Positions 36,809 through 46,853 of a stretch of 64,000 nucleotides of DNA are shown piece after piece; positions within the stretch are counted from its first letter, which is position 1, and the number at the start of each line of letters is the position of its first letter. A program made the position numbers and the translations under genes. The notes beneath the pieces are model-generated. The model saw only the letters and a list, made by a program, of their open reading frames with translations, did not search any database and was not told the DNA's origin. The stretch comes from Seonamhaeicola sp. (lineage in GTDB: Bacteria; Bacteroidota; Bacteroidia; Flavobacteriales; Flavobacteriaceae), in contig NZ_JANQJQ010000013.1 in NCBI RefSeq assembly GCF_028281565.1, forward strand, positions 116,846-180,845. Reading direction: 5' to 3'.

Positions 36809-38602
36809 TTAGTAACTTAAAGCATCTGTTAATGACTTCATGAAGCTAACAAGATCTGTTTTTTCGTTTTCAGATAAATTGAGTTTATCCGGAGGCAGGG
36901 TTTGATATTCCAGATCCATACCAAGGCCAATACCACCACCGCGATCATAGAAGTCAATCACTTCTTCTAAAGTATTAAAAACACCGTTATGCATATAAGG
37001 TCCGGTTTTTTCAGCATTCCTCACTGTTGTAGTTTTAAAGAAGTGTTTTTTCTCCTCGGCATTAAACAGGTGGTAACGTCCTAAATCGTCGTCAATAACA
37101 GCATGGATAGTATCCTTTGTTTCCGGTACACCAATAAGTTCCATTTCACTTTCTTTATAAGCTACAGGGACCGTACCGTTAAATGTTGGTGGAAAATGGC
37201 AGGTAGCACATTTGGCTTTACCCGTAAAAAGGTTGAAACCGTTTTTCTCGGAAGCCGTAAGCGTATTTTCCAGGCCATTAATATTTCTGTCAAATTTAGA
37301 ATTAAAAGGCGTTAAGCTTCTTATATAAGTAGCAATGGCATTCCTGATATTGTTTTGAGAAATACTGTCTTTATACAATTTAGAAAAAGCACTAATGTAT
37401 TCGGAACTCTCACTAACAACAGTTTCCAAATGATTTAAATCTGAATGGAACTCATTTTCATTAGTTACTACCGCAACAATTTGACCTTCCAAACTACCAG
37501 CTCTGTTATCATAAAAGAATCCTTGTTGAAGCGCTGCATATAATAGGGTAGGGCTGTTTCTGGTAACACCGGTTGCAATAGGTTTGCCATCGGTAAAATA
37601 TTGTTCCGCTAAATGGCAGGTAGCGCAACTTATGGTGTTTTCCTTTGAAAGGGAGGTGTCATAGAATAACGCTTCACCAAGTTTTACTTTTTCAGCAGGT
37701 AGTGTGTCAAACTTTTCATAAGAAAAGTAACTCATGTTAAAAGTATTTTCAGAAAAAAGCGAAGTCATATCATTACTAAACGCCAATTCATAAGGAAAGG
37801 CTGCATTCCAGTCGTTTTTGGTTTCTAAAATGAGTTCTAATTGTCTGTGTGTGTGATCTTTTATAAAGCTGAACCTGTCAAAAGTGTTAAAGTCACTATC
37901 AAGATTTTGAATGGTTGCTGATATTTCCTTGTTCCAGGCATTAAATAGATCATTCGATGTAAAATTAGGTCTATGGATGATTAAAATATTCTGAATGGTT
38001 TTATAAGCTATGGCGGCTTCTGTTAAAGAGCGCTCTAAAACAGGAGAATCAAACCCTGTTATCCCTGTTAAAGCTATACGTGCAATCTCATCGCGTATCA
38101 ACCATAGCATATGATAGTTCTGAATCTTGCTTAAATGCGGGTTTTTCTGAATGAATTCTAACCGGCTTTTTGTTTTTGTAACTACATTTTGTAGCTCGTC
38201 ATTACTCAAATCGTCTTCATGTAAAAGTTCTTCAATTACCTGAAAACCAAAAGGCTTCAAGCGTTTAATGTCTGTGGCATCTTCTTCTTCAATTTTTAGA
38301 ATATTAGGTTGATTTAAGGCTTTGTAATTTTCAGAATCTGCAAAAGCCAGAATAGGCTCCATCTTTTTAAAATGATCTCTGGCCTTAATATAATGCCTCA
38401 GTTTGTTATCAGATTGCATTATGGTATCTAAATAAGCAATACAAACTTTCAAATTATTCTGATAAAAAGATTCTAATTGTTCGATGGGGAGGGTTTCTGC
38501 AGTATGGGTTTTATTTTTTTTGCAGGAACATACTATAATTGCAAAAAGACACACTAAAACATAGTGTGTCTTTTTGAGTTTTAAAACTTTAAGTACTTTC
38601 AT
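36809..38602 (-). CDS. di-haem cytochrome c peroxidase family protein with ~300-aa N-terminal extension
   Basis: Two CxxCH motifs (CATCHLAEQ and CATCHFPPT) in the C-terminal half. Lipoprotein-like signal with IVCSC. Confidence 0.85.
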   Translation of the reverse strand: MKVLKVLKLKKTHYVLVCLFAIIVCSCKKNKTHTAETLPIEQLESFYQNNLKVCIAYLDTIMQSDNKLRHYIKARDHFKKMEPILAFADSENYKALNQPNILKIEEEDATDIKRLKPFGFQVIEELLHEDDLSNDELQNVVTKTKSRLEFIQKNPHLSKIQNYHMLWLIRDEIARIALTGITGFDSPVLERSLTEAAIAYKTIQNILIIHRPNFTSNDLFNAWNKEISATIQNLDSDFNTFDRFSFIKDHTHRQLELILETKNDWNAAFPYELAFSNDMTSLFSENTFNMSYFSYEKFDTLPAEKVKLGEALFYDTSLSKENTISCATCHLAEQYFTDGKPIATGVTRNSPTLLYAALQQGFFYDNRAGSLEGQIVAVVTNENEFHSDLNHLETVVSESSEYISAFSKLYKDSISQNNIRNAIATYIRSLTPFNSKFDRNINGLENTLTASEKNGFNLFTGKAKCATCHFPPTFNGTVPVAYKESEMELIGVPETKDTIHAVIDDDLGRYHLFNAEEKKHFFKTTTVRNAEKTGPYMHNGVFNTLEEVIDFYDRGGGIGLGMDLEYQTLPPDKLNLSENEKTDLVSFMKSLTDALSY

Positions 38603-38604
38603 TC

Positions 38605-40074
38605 TTATTTTAATCCTCTAATAACATACATCATACTTCCTTCTTTTCTACTGTTTGCAACGTCCGGGTTGGCAGTAGGATCGGTAAATGCAGATCCGTC
38701 AGCCGGTTCCCATCCGTGGTTTTGTGTAATTAATAAGAAAGTTTTGTCTTTATCCAATTCTTCAGAGATATCGATCATACCGGTGATTTCCCAGGTTCTT
38801 CCGTTTGAAGGGTAACCGGCAGCTTCGGCAGCATCCTGATCACACTCTAATACAACTTTTAATTTTTTCGATTTTAAGTTGTATTGGTATAAATAAGCGT
38901 AGTGATCTTTATCAGCAGTATCAGGGTAGCCGTTTGGATCTTCCTGGATGTAAACATTATCTTTGGTCACTAAAATGTTATCCGGACTATGGAATGCTTT
39001 AGCTTTTCCTGATAAGTTGTCACCATCTAAAATACAAGTAATGGTTCCAACACCAGCAGGATTAGTATCATTTAAAACTACTTTGTAAATTCTACCGTAT
39101 AACGTTCCTTTTCCAACTAAACCATCTTTTTTTCTACCGGTAACACAAAAATAAATTTCTCTGTTGTTTTTAGCGGAACCACGTCTCCAGTCAATATCCT
39201 CTAATCTGGAGAAGCCCATAACACCTTTGGCTTTTGCTTCGGCATCTAATAAATCTATATTAGTTTCGTTTAATGGAACAAATTCCATGGGGTATGATTT
39301 TCCTTCATCCATATCCATTTCAAAATCAACATCCGGGTCTATAACTCTTAATCCATATAATTGGCCTCCATAAACATCACCTCGGTTACCAACATACATA
39401 CCTAATTGACCGGAAGGGATTTCATTGTCAGAATGGTCGTCACCAATAAAAGCAACGGTTTTTCCAGGGTATGCTTTTTTACCAATAACAACAGCATTTT
39501 CAGTAGACCATTGTCCCCAGGCGTCTAACATTTCAAAAGAACCGGCATCCGCAGCAGCTTTATACGGATCTGTTAAGAAAACACCTTTAGAAGAGCCGCC
39601 CCATTCACCACCTGATAAATATAAAGGGCCAAAACCATGCTCTCTTGGGGTAATTAAAGACCCGGAGCATTGCGCCGTAAACGCTGTGGCAACAGCATTT
39701 AATATATGCTCTCCACTTACAGGTTTGAAAGTTTTGTCTAAATTAATTCTGGCAACGGCATAATCTGCTTCAATATTGTTAATTATAGAGAATGTTCCAT
39801 CGCTGTTTTTTAATATTCCGGCACCATCTGCCATACTACCATAAACAAAATCAGGTGATTCCGGTAAAACGTCTTCAGAAGATAATAACGTTGTTACCTT
39901 CAGGTTGCTAAATTCTGGTTTTACATCTAAGAAATTAGGTGTAACTGAGTAATCTTTAAATTTAATTTTGTCTTTGTCATCATTACCATTGTTTAAAAAG
40001 TCGTCAATAAGATCTTTTTTACAAGAGGTTAAGGTCACTAGTGCTGCTAAAGCCAATAGAACTGTTTTTTTCAT
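38605..40074 (-). CDS. PhoX-like (DUF839-type) beta-propeller lipoprotein
   Basis: Lipobox LTSC. AQCSGS..GGEWGG, FSRLEDIDW...EIYFCVTG, SPDNILV...YIQED and WEITGM blocks resemble PhoX motifs as I remember them. Confidence 0.6.
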   Translation of the reverse strand: MKKTVLLALAALVTLTSCKKDLIDDFLNNGNDDKDKIKFKDYSVTPNFLDVKPEFSNLKVTTLLSSEDVLPESPDFVYGSMADGAGILKNSDGTFSIINNIEADYAVARINLDKTFKPVSGEHILNAVATAFTAQCSGSLITPREHGFGPLYLSGGEWGGSSKGVFLTDPYKAAADAGSFEMLDAWGQWSTENAVVIGKKAYPGKTVAFIGDDHSDNEIPSGQLGMYVGNRGDVYGGQLYGLRVIDPDVDFEMDMDEGKSYPMEFVPLNETNIDLLDAEAKAKGVMGFSRLEDIDWRRGSAKNNREIYFCVTGRKKDGLVGKGTLYGRIYKVVLNDTNPAGVGTITCILDGDNLSGKAKAFHSPDNILVTKDNVYIQEDPNGYPDTADKDHYAYLYQYNLKSKKLKVVLECDQDAAEAAGYPSNGRTWEITGMIDISEELDKDKTFLLITQNHGWEPADGSAFTDPTANPDVANSRKEGSMMYVIRGLK

Positions 40075-40337
40075 TTGGAAATATATTTTTCGGTTAATTA
40101 ATTAATGGTTCAAAATTATTGGCTTTAAACCCGAAAAACGTTATTTCAATTTTGGCTTTAAATGAAGATTTTGTTATTACAATATTATCAAATTAAACTA
40201 ATCGTTAATGGATAAGTTGAAATGTTAGGAAAGAATTAATAATTAGCATCAGTCTAAATAAGAATATGATTTTTCCGATCCGTTTAAATTTAGCAAGTAT
40301 GCCTAAGTTCCTGTTAACTACCGGAACTTTAGCACTA

Positions 40338-41825
40338 TTAGTATTTAGCAGCTTTGCCTTTTGAGAGCGAGCCGTTTATAAATGCACGTAAGTCGTCATT
40401 AGCCGATATCAGGTCTTCATGCCTTAAGTACATCATATGGCCGCTGCGATACCCTTTAAATGTAAAGCGGTCTTTCATTTTTCCACTGGGATCAATTTGC
40501 CACATGGTATATTTAGCACCAAAATAGGTAGTGGCGCCATCATAATACCCGGATTGTACCAGTACTTTTAAATAAGGGTTTTGAGCCATGGCCTGTCTTA
40601 AACCGTCTCGGGTGTTATCATTTTGCCTGTCCCAGGGATGCACATCACCAAAAACACTGTATTTAATATCGGTTTTAAAATTAAGATGCGTTCTTATATA
40701 ATAATTTATAGCCGGTGTAAAAGAGTGTAGCCAGGAGGTTAATTCGGCACTGTAATCAGGGCTGGTACCGGTCTCTCTTTTGTCAATTCCTAAATACCTG
40801 GAGTCTAATCTGCCTATAGTTTGCCCTGATTTATTACGTAGCAGTTCTTTCCAAAAAAAGGATGTTGGTACATCCAAATTATTTTGTAAAATGGCCTTTT
40901 CACTAAGTCCGGAGTAATAGGCCATTTTTTTAGCGATACTTCGTTTTTCATTATCCGAGATAAACCCGCCTTTAGCCAATGCAGGCATTAGGTTCTCAAT
41001 AGCAAAGGTTTCTGCTTCCGGTAAAATGTCTAATAAATCTTTTTGCTGTAAGGCCTCTGGCAATGCCTTTTGATACCAGGCTGCTGCCGTAAAATAGGGT
41101 AAGTTAAGGGCGGAATACACCGGTTGAGACGTTCTGTATAATTTATAATCTGCCGGAGACACTAAAATAACACCGTTTAGGTACATCCACTGCTTGTTTT
41201 GCAACTCATTGGCTAAGCCCATAACACGCGTGCCTCCATAACTTTCCCCAATAATGTATTTAGGGGATTCCCATCTGTTTTTACGTGTGACAAAGGTATT
41301 TATCCATTCCGCTAAGTATTTGATGTCGGCATTGATTCCGAAAAAAGTATCCCGTTTGGGGAATTTACCTTCTTTGTCCGGAATCATTCTGGAGTACCCC
41401 GTGTTTACCGGATTTACATACACAATATCTGCGACATCGAGAATAGAGTTCGGATTGTCTTTAACACCGTAAGGTTGCACGGGATACCCTTCATCATCAA
41501 TTTTCAGGACTTTAGGGCCCGTATAAGCAATATGCATCCAAACCGACGCCGATCCGGGGCCGCCGTTAAATGACACTATTAAAGGCCTTTCAGCTCTGTT
41601 TTTAACATTATTACGTTCATAATAGGTATAATATAACGTAGCAATGACATCATCTTTGGTATTCCAAACCGGTTGCGTTCCGGTAGTGGCCGTATATGAA
41701 AAGCTGGTACCTTTTACTGTGGTGTTATGTGTGGTTACAACCATGGTGTCGATTGGAATGGTCCTGGTTTGCGAAAAAACGATTAAAGAAAAAATGGAGC
41801 ATAGAAAGGCTAATAAATACTTCAT
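40338..41825 (-). CDS. serine carboxypeptidase, family S10-like
   Basis: Signal peptide, FNGGPGSAS oxyanion region, GESYGG nucleophile motif and a C-terminal SGHMM (His). Confidence 0.75.
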   Translation of the reverse strand: MKYLLAFLCSIFSLIVFSQTRTIPIDTMVVTTHNTTVKGTSFSYTATTGTQPVWNTKDDVIATLYYTYYERNNVKNRAERPLIVSFNGGPGSASVWMHIAYTGPKVLKIDDEGYPVQPYGVKDNPNSILDVADIVYVNPVNTGYSRMIPDKEGKFPKRDTFFGINADIKYLAEWINTFVTRKNRWESPKYIIGESYGGTRVMGLANELQNKQWMYLNGVILVSPADYKLYRTSQPVYSALNLPYFTAAAWYQKALPEALQQKDLLDILPEAETFAIENLMPALAKGGFISDNEKRSIAKKMAYYSGLSEKAILQNNLDVPTSFFWKELLRNKSGQTIGRLDSRYLGIDKRETGTSPDYSAELTSWLHSFTPAINYYIRTHLNFKTDIKYSVFGDVHPWDRQNDNTRDGLRQAMAQNPYLKVLVQSGYYDGATTYFGAKYTMWQIDPSGKMKDRFTFKGYRSGHMMYLRHEDLISANDDLRAFINGSLSKGKAAKY

Positions 41826-41886
41826 AGTCTGTGAATATAAATTAATTTTTTGGACGTCCGTTTTTTGTCATAACATTGATTTTCTA

Positions 41887-41910
41887 TCATGCTGAACTAG
41901 TTTCAGCATC
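41887..41910. repeat. hairpin repeat TCATGCTGAA-CTAGT-TTCAGCATC
   Basis: 8-bp stem ATGCTGAA / TTCAGCAT. Confidence 0.7.
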
Positions 41911-41945
41911 TTAATAATAACTGTAAGTCGATAGTATATAATGAG

Positions 41946-41990
41946 ACCCTGAAATGCACTTCGACTAAGCTCAGTGTAAAAATTCAGGGT
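41946..41990. repeat. ACCCTGAA / TTCAGGGT stem enclosing a 29-nt CTTCGAC-TAAG-CTCAG module
   Basis: Perfect 8-bp inverted repeat at 41946-41953 and 41983-41990. Confidence 0.8.
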
Positions 41991-42055
41991 GACACTTGCG
42001 TTTATGATTGATTAAGGACATTCAATTTAATTTATTAAAGATACTGAAACAAATA

Positions 42056-42820
42056 TTAAAACCCTTCAAAAACACCTAAACCGAATAAAGCAAAATCATA
42101 TTTTACCGGATCTTGTTTATCAAGCTTACGAAGCATAGTGTCTAATTCCAAAAGGGCTTTAGCATCGTTTTGTTTCCGTTTTAACAACCCTAGTTTTCTG
42201 GCAACATTGCCTGAATGCACATCCAAAGGGCAGGATAATACTGCCGGTGACATACGTTTCCAAATCCCGAAATCCACACCTGCGCTATCTTGTCTCACCA
42301 TCCAACGTAAAAACATGTTGATACGTTTGGCAGCTGAGTTTTTTAACGGATCACTAATGTGTTTTTGAGTCCGGGATAAATGGTCAATTTCAAAGAAAAT
42401 AGCCTTAAATTTTGAAATGGATCTTTGTAATGACTCATTTTCAGCATGTTTTGCAAAAAGTGCTTCTAACCCGTGATGCTTTTTGTAAATGTGGTTTAAT
42501 GATTTAATGAATTGCATACAATCCGCTCCATTAAAGGTGCGGTGCACAAAGGGTTTTAGTTTTTCAAGATCTGTATCCTGATGATTCATTACAAAGTCAA
42601 AAGGTGCATTATCCAATAATTGCATCAGGCGTTTAGCATTGTTAATGATGCTTTTACGGTTCCCCCAGGCAATGGTGGCCGTTAAAAAGCCTGCAATTTC
42701 AATGTCTTCTTTTTTAGTGAATTGATGAGGTACCTGAATAGGATCGGTTTCAATAAACCTGGGATTGTTGTATTGAATTACTTTTTCGTCTAAAAAATCT
42801 TTGAGTTCGGTCTGTGTCAA
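42056..42820 (-). CDS. conserved hypothetical protein (TIGR02757/DUF2400-like, from memory)
   Basis: 254 aa. The FIETDPIQVPHQF...IAWGNRKSIINNA N-terminal block is as recalled for this family. Confidence 0.55.
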   Translation of the reverse strand: MTQTELKDFLDEKVIQYNNPRFIETDPIQVPHQFTKKEDIEIAGFLTATIAWGNRKSIINNAKRLMQLLDNAPFDFVMNHQDTDLEKLKPFVHRTFNGADCMQFIKSLNHIYKKHHGLEALFAKHAENESLQRSISKFKAIFFEIDHLSRTQKHISDPLKNSAAKRINMFLRWMVRQDSAGVDFGIWKRMSPAVLSCPLDVHSGNVARKLGLLKRKQNDAKALLELDTMLRKLDKQDPVKYDFALFGLGVFEGF

Positions 42821-42831
42821 GAAGATAGCCT

Positions 42832-43494
42832 TTAGTTCATTATTTTCCCATCAACCATGGTGAGTTTTCTATCGGCCATATCTGCTAATTCTTCGTTGTG
42901 CGTCACAATAACAAAGGTTTGCCCAAATTCGTCCCGCAGTTTAAAAAAGAGGCTGTGTAGATTTTCGGCAGATTCGCTGTCTAAATTCCCGGAAGGTTCA
43001 TCGGCAAAAATTAAATCGGGTTTATTAATTAAAGCCCTGGCAACAGCCACGCGTTGTTGTTCACCACCCGAGAGTTCACTGGGTTTATGATCATAACGAT
43101 GCGATAATCCTAAAAAATCCAGCAATTCTTTGGCCCTGATTTCGGCGGCTTCTTTTTTGGTTCCTTTTATGAATGCCGGTAAGCATACATTTTCAACAGC
43201 GGTGAACTCCGGCAATAATTGATGAAACTGGAATATAAAACCAATATGTTGGTTCCTGAATTTTGCTAATTCTCTATCAGAAAGTGCAGATAGATTGGTG
43301 CTGTTAATGTTCAGTTCAAAAGGTTCCTGTTTTGAGGCATTATCTAAAGTACCTAAAATCTGAAGCAACGTGGTTTTTCCGGCTCCGGATGGCCCTACTA
43401 TGGATACTACTTCCCCTTTTTCAACCTGAATGTCTACCCCTTTTAGCACGTGTAGGTCATCATAGTATTTATGAATGTTCTTCGCTTGGATCAT
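42832..43494 (-). CDS. ABC transporter ATP-binding protein, LolD/MacB-ATPase-like
   Basis: Walker A GPSGAGKT, signature LSGGEQQR and Walker B LIFADEP. No permease gene is adjacent. Confidence 0.88.
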   Translation of the reverse strand: MIQAKNIHKYYDDLHVLKGVDIQVEKGEVVSIVGPSGAGKTTLLQILGTLDNASKQEPFELNINSTNLSALSDRELAKFRNQHIGFIFQFHQLLPEFTAVENVCLPAFIKGTKKEAAEIRAKELLDFLGLSHRYDHKPSELSGGEQQRVAVARALINKPDLIFADEPSGNLDSESAENLHSLFFKLRDEFGQTFVIVTHNEELADMADRKLTMVDGKIMN

Positions 43495-43542
43495 AAGAAT
43501 AAATCTATGGGTGAAAATACTATTTTAAATAATGCCGTACAA

Positions 43543-45981
43543 TTAAGAATTGTTTTTATTCTTAAACAACTTTTTCACCTCATTATAATCGATAAAATAT
43601 TGAATACGCAATGAAAAGGTATGCTGAATAGGCTGATCTAATAAGAGGTTTAAACTTTCTGAAAACCCTTTATCGGAATCATCGTTTTCATAAAACAACC
43701 GGTTTCTGTATAGAGCTGTTATAAAACTGCCGGGGGCAAATTGCCAGGAATAACTAAAATCCAAATTCCAGGTGTTGAAATTGATATTAGGATCGTTCTC
43801 TAAACCGGATGCCGTGTAAACACCCTCCCGGGATAAGGTGCCGTTATCTGCTAAAACGAATAGATTGTTATGATAATCCACACCGGACCAGTAATTTCTA
43901 AATTTTAAAGATAATGATTGAAAAGGATTAAAACTGTAATCGGCAGATAAGGTGTTGGTAATTTCTTTCTGATTTCTAATACCGAAAATAATAGCATCAT
44001 CTACTTTGTCGGTATACCCAATATCCTTGTCGGCTTTAACATATTCTGTGGAATATCTTAGCAATAGATGGTCATTCAACCGAAATCTGGGTGAAAAATT
44101 GATGCCGTATTTCCTGGTGTCCCTGGAATCATCAAAATAGGTCTCAGTGCCTAGGTTTATGTTAAATGCAAATCTTTTATTAAAGTTTGTAGAGATCCAG
44201 GCAGAAACCTCCGTTTTGTTTTTATACAAGAAATACCGGCCTTCGGTTCTTGGTTCAAAATAATCGTATCTGTTGCCCATATCCATTTCAAAATCAAACC
44301 CATAAGTGAATATCTTTCTGGTTTGTGCAAAATAATCCAATTCCAATTCCGTACCGGTATAAACATTCGGGACAGCCAGATAGCGGTGGTTTAACTCTAC
44401 TGCAATACTATGCCGGTTTAATCGTTTGGTAGGCTTAAATATCCTGTAGGAGGCAAATGCTCCATAATTACTGTAATTGTTCCTGCGTATTAAACCCAGG
44501 TCATTGATATCATACTTATTATCGGCATAGACATGATAGGCTCCATAGCGCATATTGCCATGAGATTTTCTGGCAGAGACGAGGTAATTGTATCCCACCT
44601 GATCCCCGTCGGTTAAATTTAAACGGCTCATTTTTAATTGGCCGTCAATGTTGTAGGTATTGCGTTTATTTGAAATATCGGCTAATAAACCCGTAACATT
44701 GGCATCTCTAAAGTGACCGGCCCTGGTAACATTGGTATTAATTAAGCTAACCGATGAATTTTGGTTAAACTGTTTATCAATTACCAAAATGCTATAGTTG
44801 GCTAAGGGCTCTACAGTTTCGATCCTGGTGGACCCATCAGTGTTATTTTTAACCGTAGCCGTAGTTTTTTCGGTAATGGCATTGAACACGCCAATACCTA
44901 GCCCCTTTTTAGTACGTCCTGATATTTTTAAGGCGTTTAATACTTTGACCGTTGACGGATTATGAACGTATTCTTCATCATCATTCAGCGATATATCACC
45001 GCTTGGGCCATTTCCAATACGCCTTGAAAAGAACAGGTTTCCTTTATTGAATAGATCAACCCCTTCCGTAAAAAATTGACGTTGTTCTGAAAATGTTTGC
45101 TCGAATGGGCCTAAGTTGAGTTCCACATCATCAAAACCGGCCTGGCTGAAATCCGGAATTAGAGTGGCATCCAGTGTGAAGTTTTCACTGATACCGTATT
45201 TTAGATCCAGGCCAATATTGATATCGGTATCTGTTTGCCCGTCAATGGTATTTAGCAAACCCGATGTAAACGGATATAAGCTTAATCTAACCGGTGGATC
45301 AATATTTTCAAGTCCGCGGAGCACACCGTGGTAGAGTCCTATATTTCCTTTAGAGGGATCTATAGGGTTCCAAGTGTATTGTGTTCTGTCCCTTCTAAAA
45401 TGCCGATGAAATTGTAAGCCCCATTCCTGCACGTTGGTATTGGAAAAGCGCAGACAGCGATACGGTATTTTCATTTCCACGATCCAACCATCAGAGACTA
45501 TTTTTACAGCACTGTCCCAAACCGCATTCCAACTAAAGTCTTCGCCATTGCTTGGGCTCTGTAGGGCATCAGCCTGGGTGCCGGAACTAAAAACAAAAAA
45601 CTCGGTATCATTTTGGCCGTCGTTATTCGGATTAAAGATCACTCCGAAAAAGTCCGATTGCCCAAAATTGTCTCTGCTGGTAAGCTGTTTCATGATGTCT
45701 TTAGGATCGTCATATAGATAGGCACCGACGTATATGGCATTATCATCATAAGCCATCTTTACAATGGTCTTTATGCTATCGGCTTCCACAACATCCATTT
45801 CGGGTCGGAATTGCACAAAATCCTTTGCCTGATCTGCCTTTTGCCAGATAGTTTCATTTAAGATCCCGTCAATTTTGGGAGGGGTGCTTGTTCTGCTAAT
45901 GGTTAGAGATTTCTTCGATTGTGACCAGCATAGCGTGGACAATAGAGTCATTATAAGGACCAGAAATCTTATTTGTCGCAT
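43543..45981 (-). CDS. large secreted/outer-membrane protein with N-terminal CBM9-like domain (DUF5916-like)
   Basis: Signal peptide, PPKIDGILNETIWQKA block, and a long beta-rich C-terminal region (812 aa). Confidence 0.55.
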   Translation of the reverse strand: MRQIRFLVLIMTLLSTLCWSQSKKSLTISRTSTPPKIDGILNETIWQKADQAKDFVQFRPEMDVVEADSIKTIVKMAYDDNAIYVGAYLYDDPKDIMKQLTSRDNFGQSDFFGVIFNPNNDGQNDTEFFVFSSGTQADALQSPSNGEDFSWNAVWDSAVKIVSDGWIVEMKIPYRCLRFSNTNVQEWGLQFHRHFRRDRTQYTWNPIDPSKGNIGLYHGVLRGLENIDPPVRLSLYPFTSGLLNTIDGQTDTDINIGLDLKYGISENFTLDATLIPDFSQAGFDDVELNLGPFEQTFSEQRQFFTEGVDLFNKGNLFFSRRIGNGPSGDISLNDDEEYVHNPSTVKVLNALKISGRTKKGLGIGVFNAITEKTTATVKNNTDGSTRIETVEPLANYSILVIDKQFNQNSSVSLINTNVTRAGHFRDANVTGLLADISNKRNTYNIDGQLKMSRLNLTDGDQVGYNYLVSARKSHGNMRYGAYHVYADNKYDINDLGLIRRNNYSNYGAFASYRIFKPTKRLNRHSIAVELNHRYLAVPNVYTGTELELDYFAQTRKIFTYGFDFEMDMGNRYDYFEPRTEGRYFLYKNKTEVSAWISTNFNKRFAFNINLGTETYFDDSRDTRKYGINFSPRFRLNDHLLLRYSTEYVKADKDIGYTDKVDDAIIFGIRNQKEITNTLSADYSFNPFQSLSLKFRNYWSGVDYHNNLFVLADNGTLSREGVYTASGLENDPNINFNTWNLDFSYSWQFAPGSFITALYRNRLFYENDDSDKGFSESLNLLLDQPIQHTFSLRIQYFIDYNEVKKLFKNKNNS

Positions 45982-46179
45982 TTTGATTGATGACGAGCTT
46001 AGAGATGCTGTACAAAGCTACTTTCCTGATTTGTGAAATAGTGCTAATTAAAAGTTAAAAAAAAGCAATAATCCACTTTTTTCCCACTTTTTAGAACCCA
46101 TAATGCTTTCATTCGGTTTTTGCGAATTTTTAAATGAAAAAATTCATGTACTTTTATAACACAAGATTTATCAAAATAT

Positions 46180-46767
46180 ATGCCGTATAAAAAGTTTGAA
46201 GAATACAACATCCAGGTCACTGACGATGTTAAGGACCGTTATAAAAAAATTATTGAAGATCTGGGTGAAGACGCAGCCCGTGACGGGTTGTTGAAAACCC
46301 CGGAACGTGCAGCCAAAGCCATGCAGTTTTTAACACAGGGGTATCATCAGGATCCGGTTGAGATCCTTAAAAGTGCCATGTTCAAAGAGTCTTATGACGA
46401 AATGGTGATTGTAAAAGATATTGAGTTGTATTCGCTTTGTGAGCATCATATTTTGCCGTTTTTCGGCAAAGTGCATATAGCCTATATTCCTAATGGACAA
46501 ATTGTTGGTCTGAGTAAGCTACCGAGAATTGTTGATGTTTTTGCCAGACGTTTGCAGGTGCAGGAACGCTTAACCGAACAGATCCTGGATTGTATCAACG
46601 ACACGTTGAAACCTCAGGGGGTAGCTGTGGTTATTGAAGCATCTCATATGTGTATGATGATGCGCGGTGTTCAAAAACAAAATTCAATCACCACCACCTC
46701 GGGGTTCAGAGGCCAGTTTGAAAAAATAGAAACCCGTAATGAGTTTTTAAAACTGATAGGGAAATAG
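46180..46767 (+). CDS. folE: GTP cyclohydrolase I
   Basis: [10 protein letters not shown] zinc/catalytic motif; 195 aa. Confidence 0.93.
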   Translation: MPYKKFEEYNIQVTDDVKDRYKKIIEDLGEDAARDGLLKTPERAAKAMQFLTQGYHQDPVEILKSAMFKESYDEMVIVKDIELYSLCEHHILPFFGKVHIAYIPNGQIVGLSKLPRIVDVFARRLQVQERLTEQILDCINDTLKPQGVAVVIEASHMCMMMRGVQKQNSITTTSGFRGQFEKIETRNEFLKLIGK

Positions 46768-46853
46768 TTGTAATACAATAAATTGGTATGTTTCTTGTTA
46801 TTAGGTTATTAAAATTTACAAGTATTTGTTTTATAAATTTAAGAACAAAGAAT

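Noticed and set aside
40296-40330. Hairpin AAGTTCCTG..CCGGAACTT as terminator of the S10 peptidase gene
   Set aside because: The stem is imperfect and is not followed by a T-run on the transcribed (minus) strand. It is plausible but too weak to list as a feature.
45982-46179. Riboswitch or leader upstream of folE, and likewise upstream of the ribD operon (5981-6495) and serC (57113-57189)
   Set aside because: I could not recognise THF, FMN or other riboswitch core sequences or convincing conserved helices by eye. The ribD-side gaps are too short. An Rfam/Infernal scan would be needed to exclude them formally.
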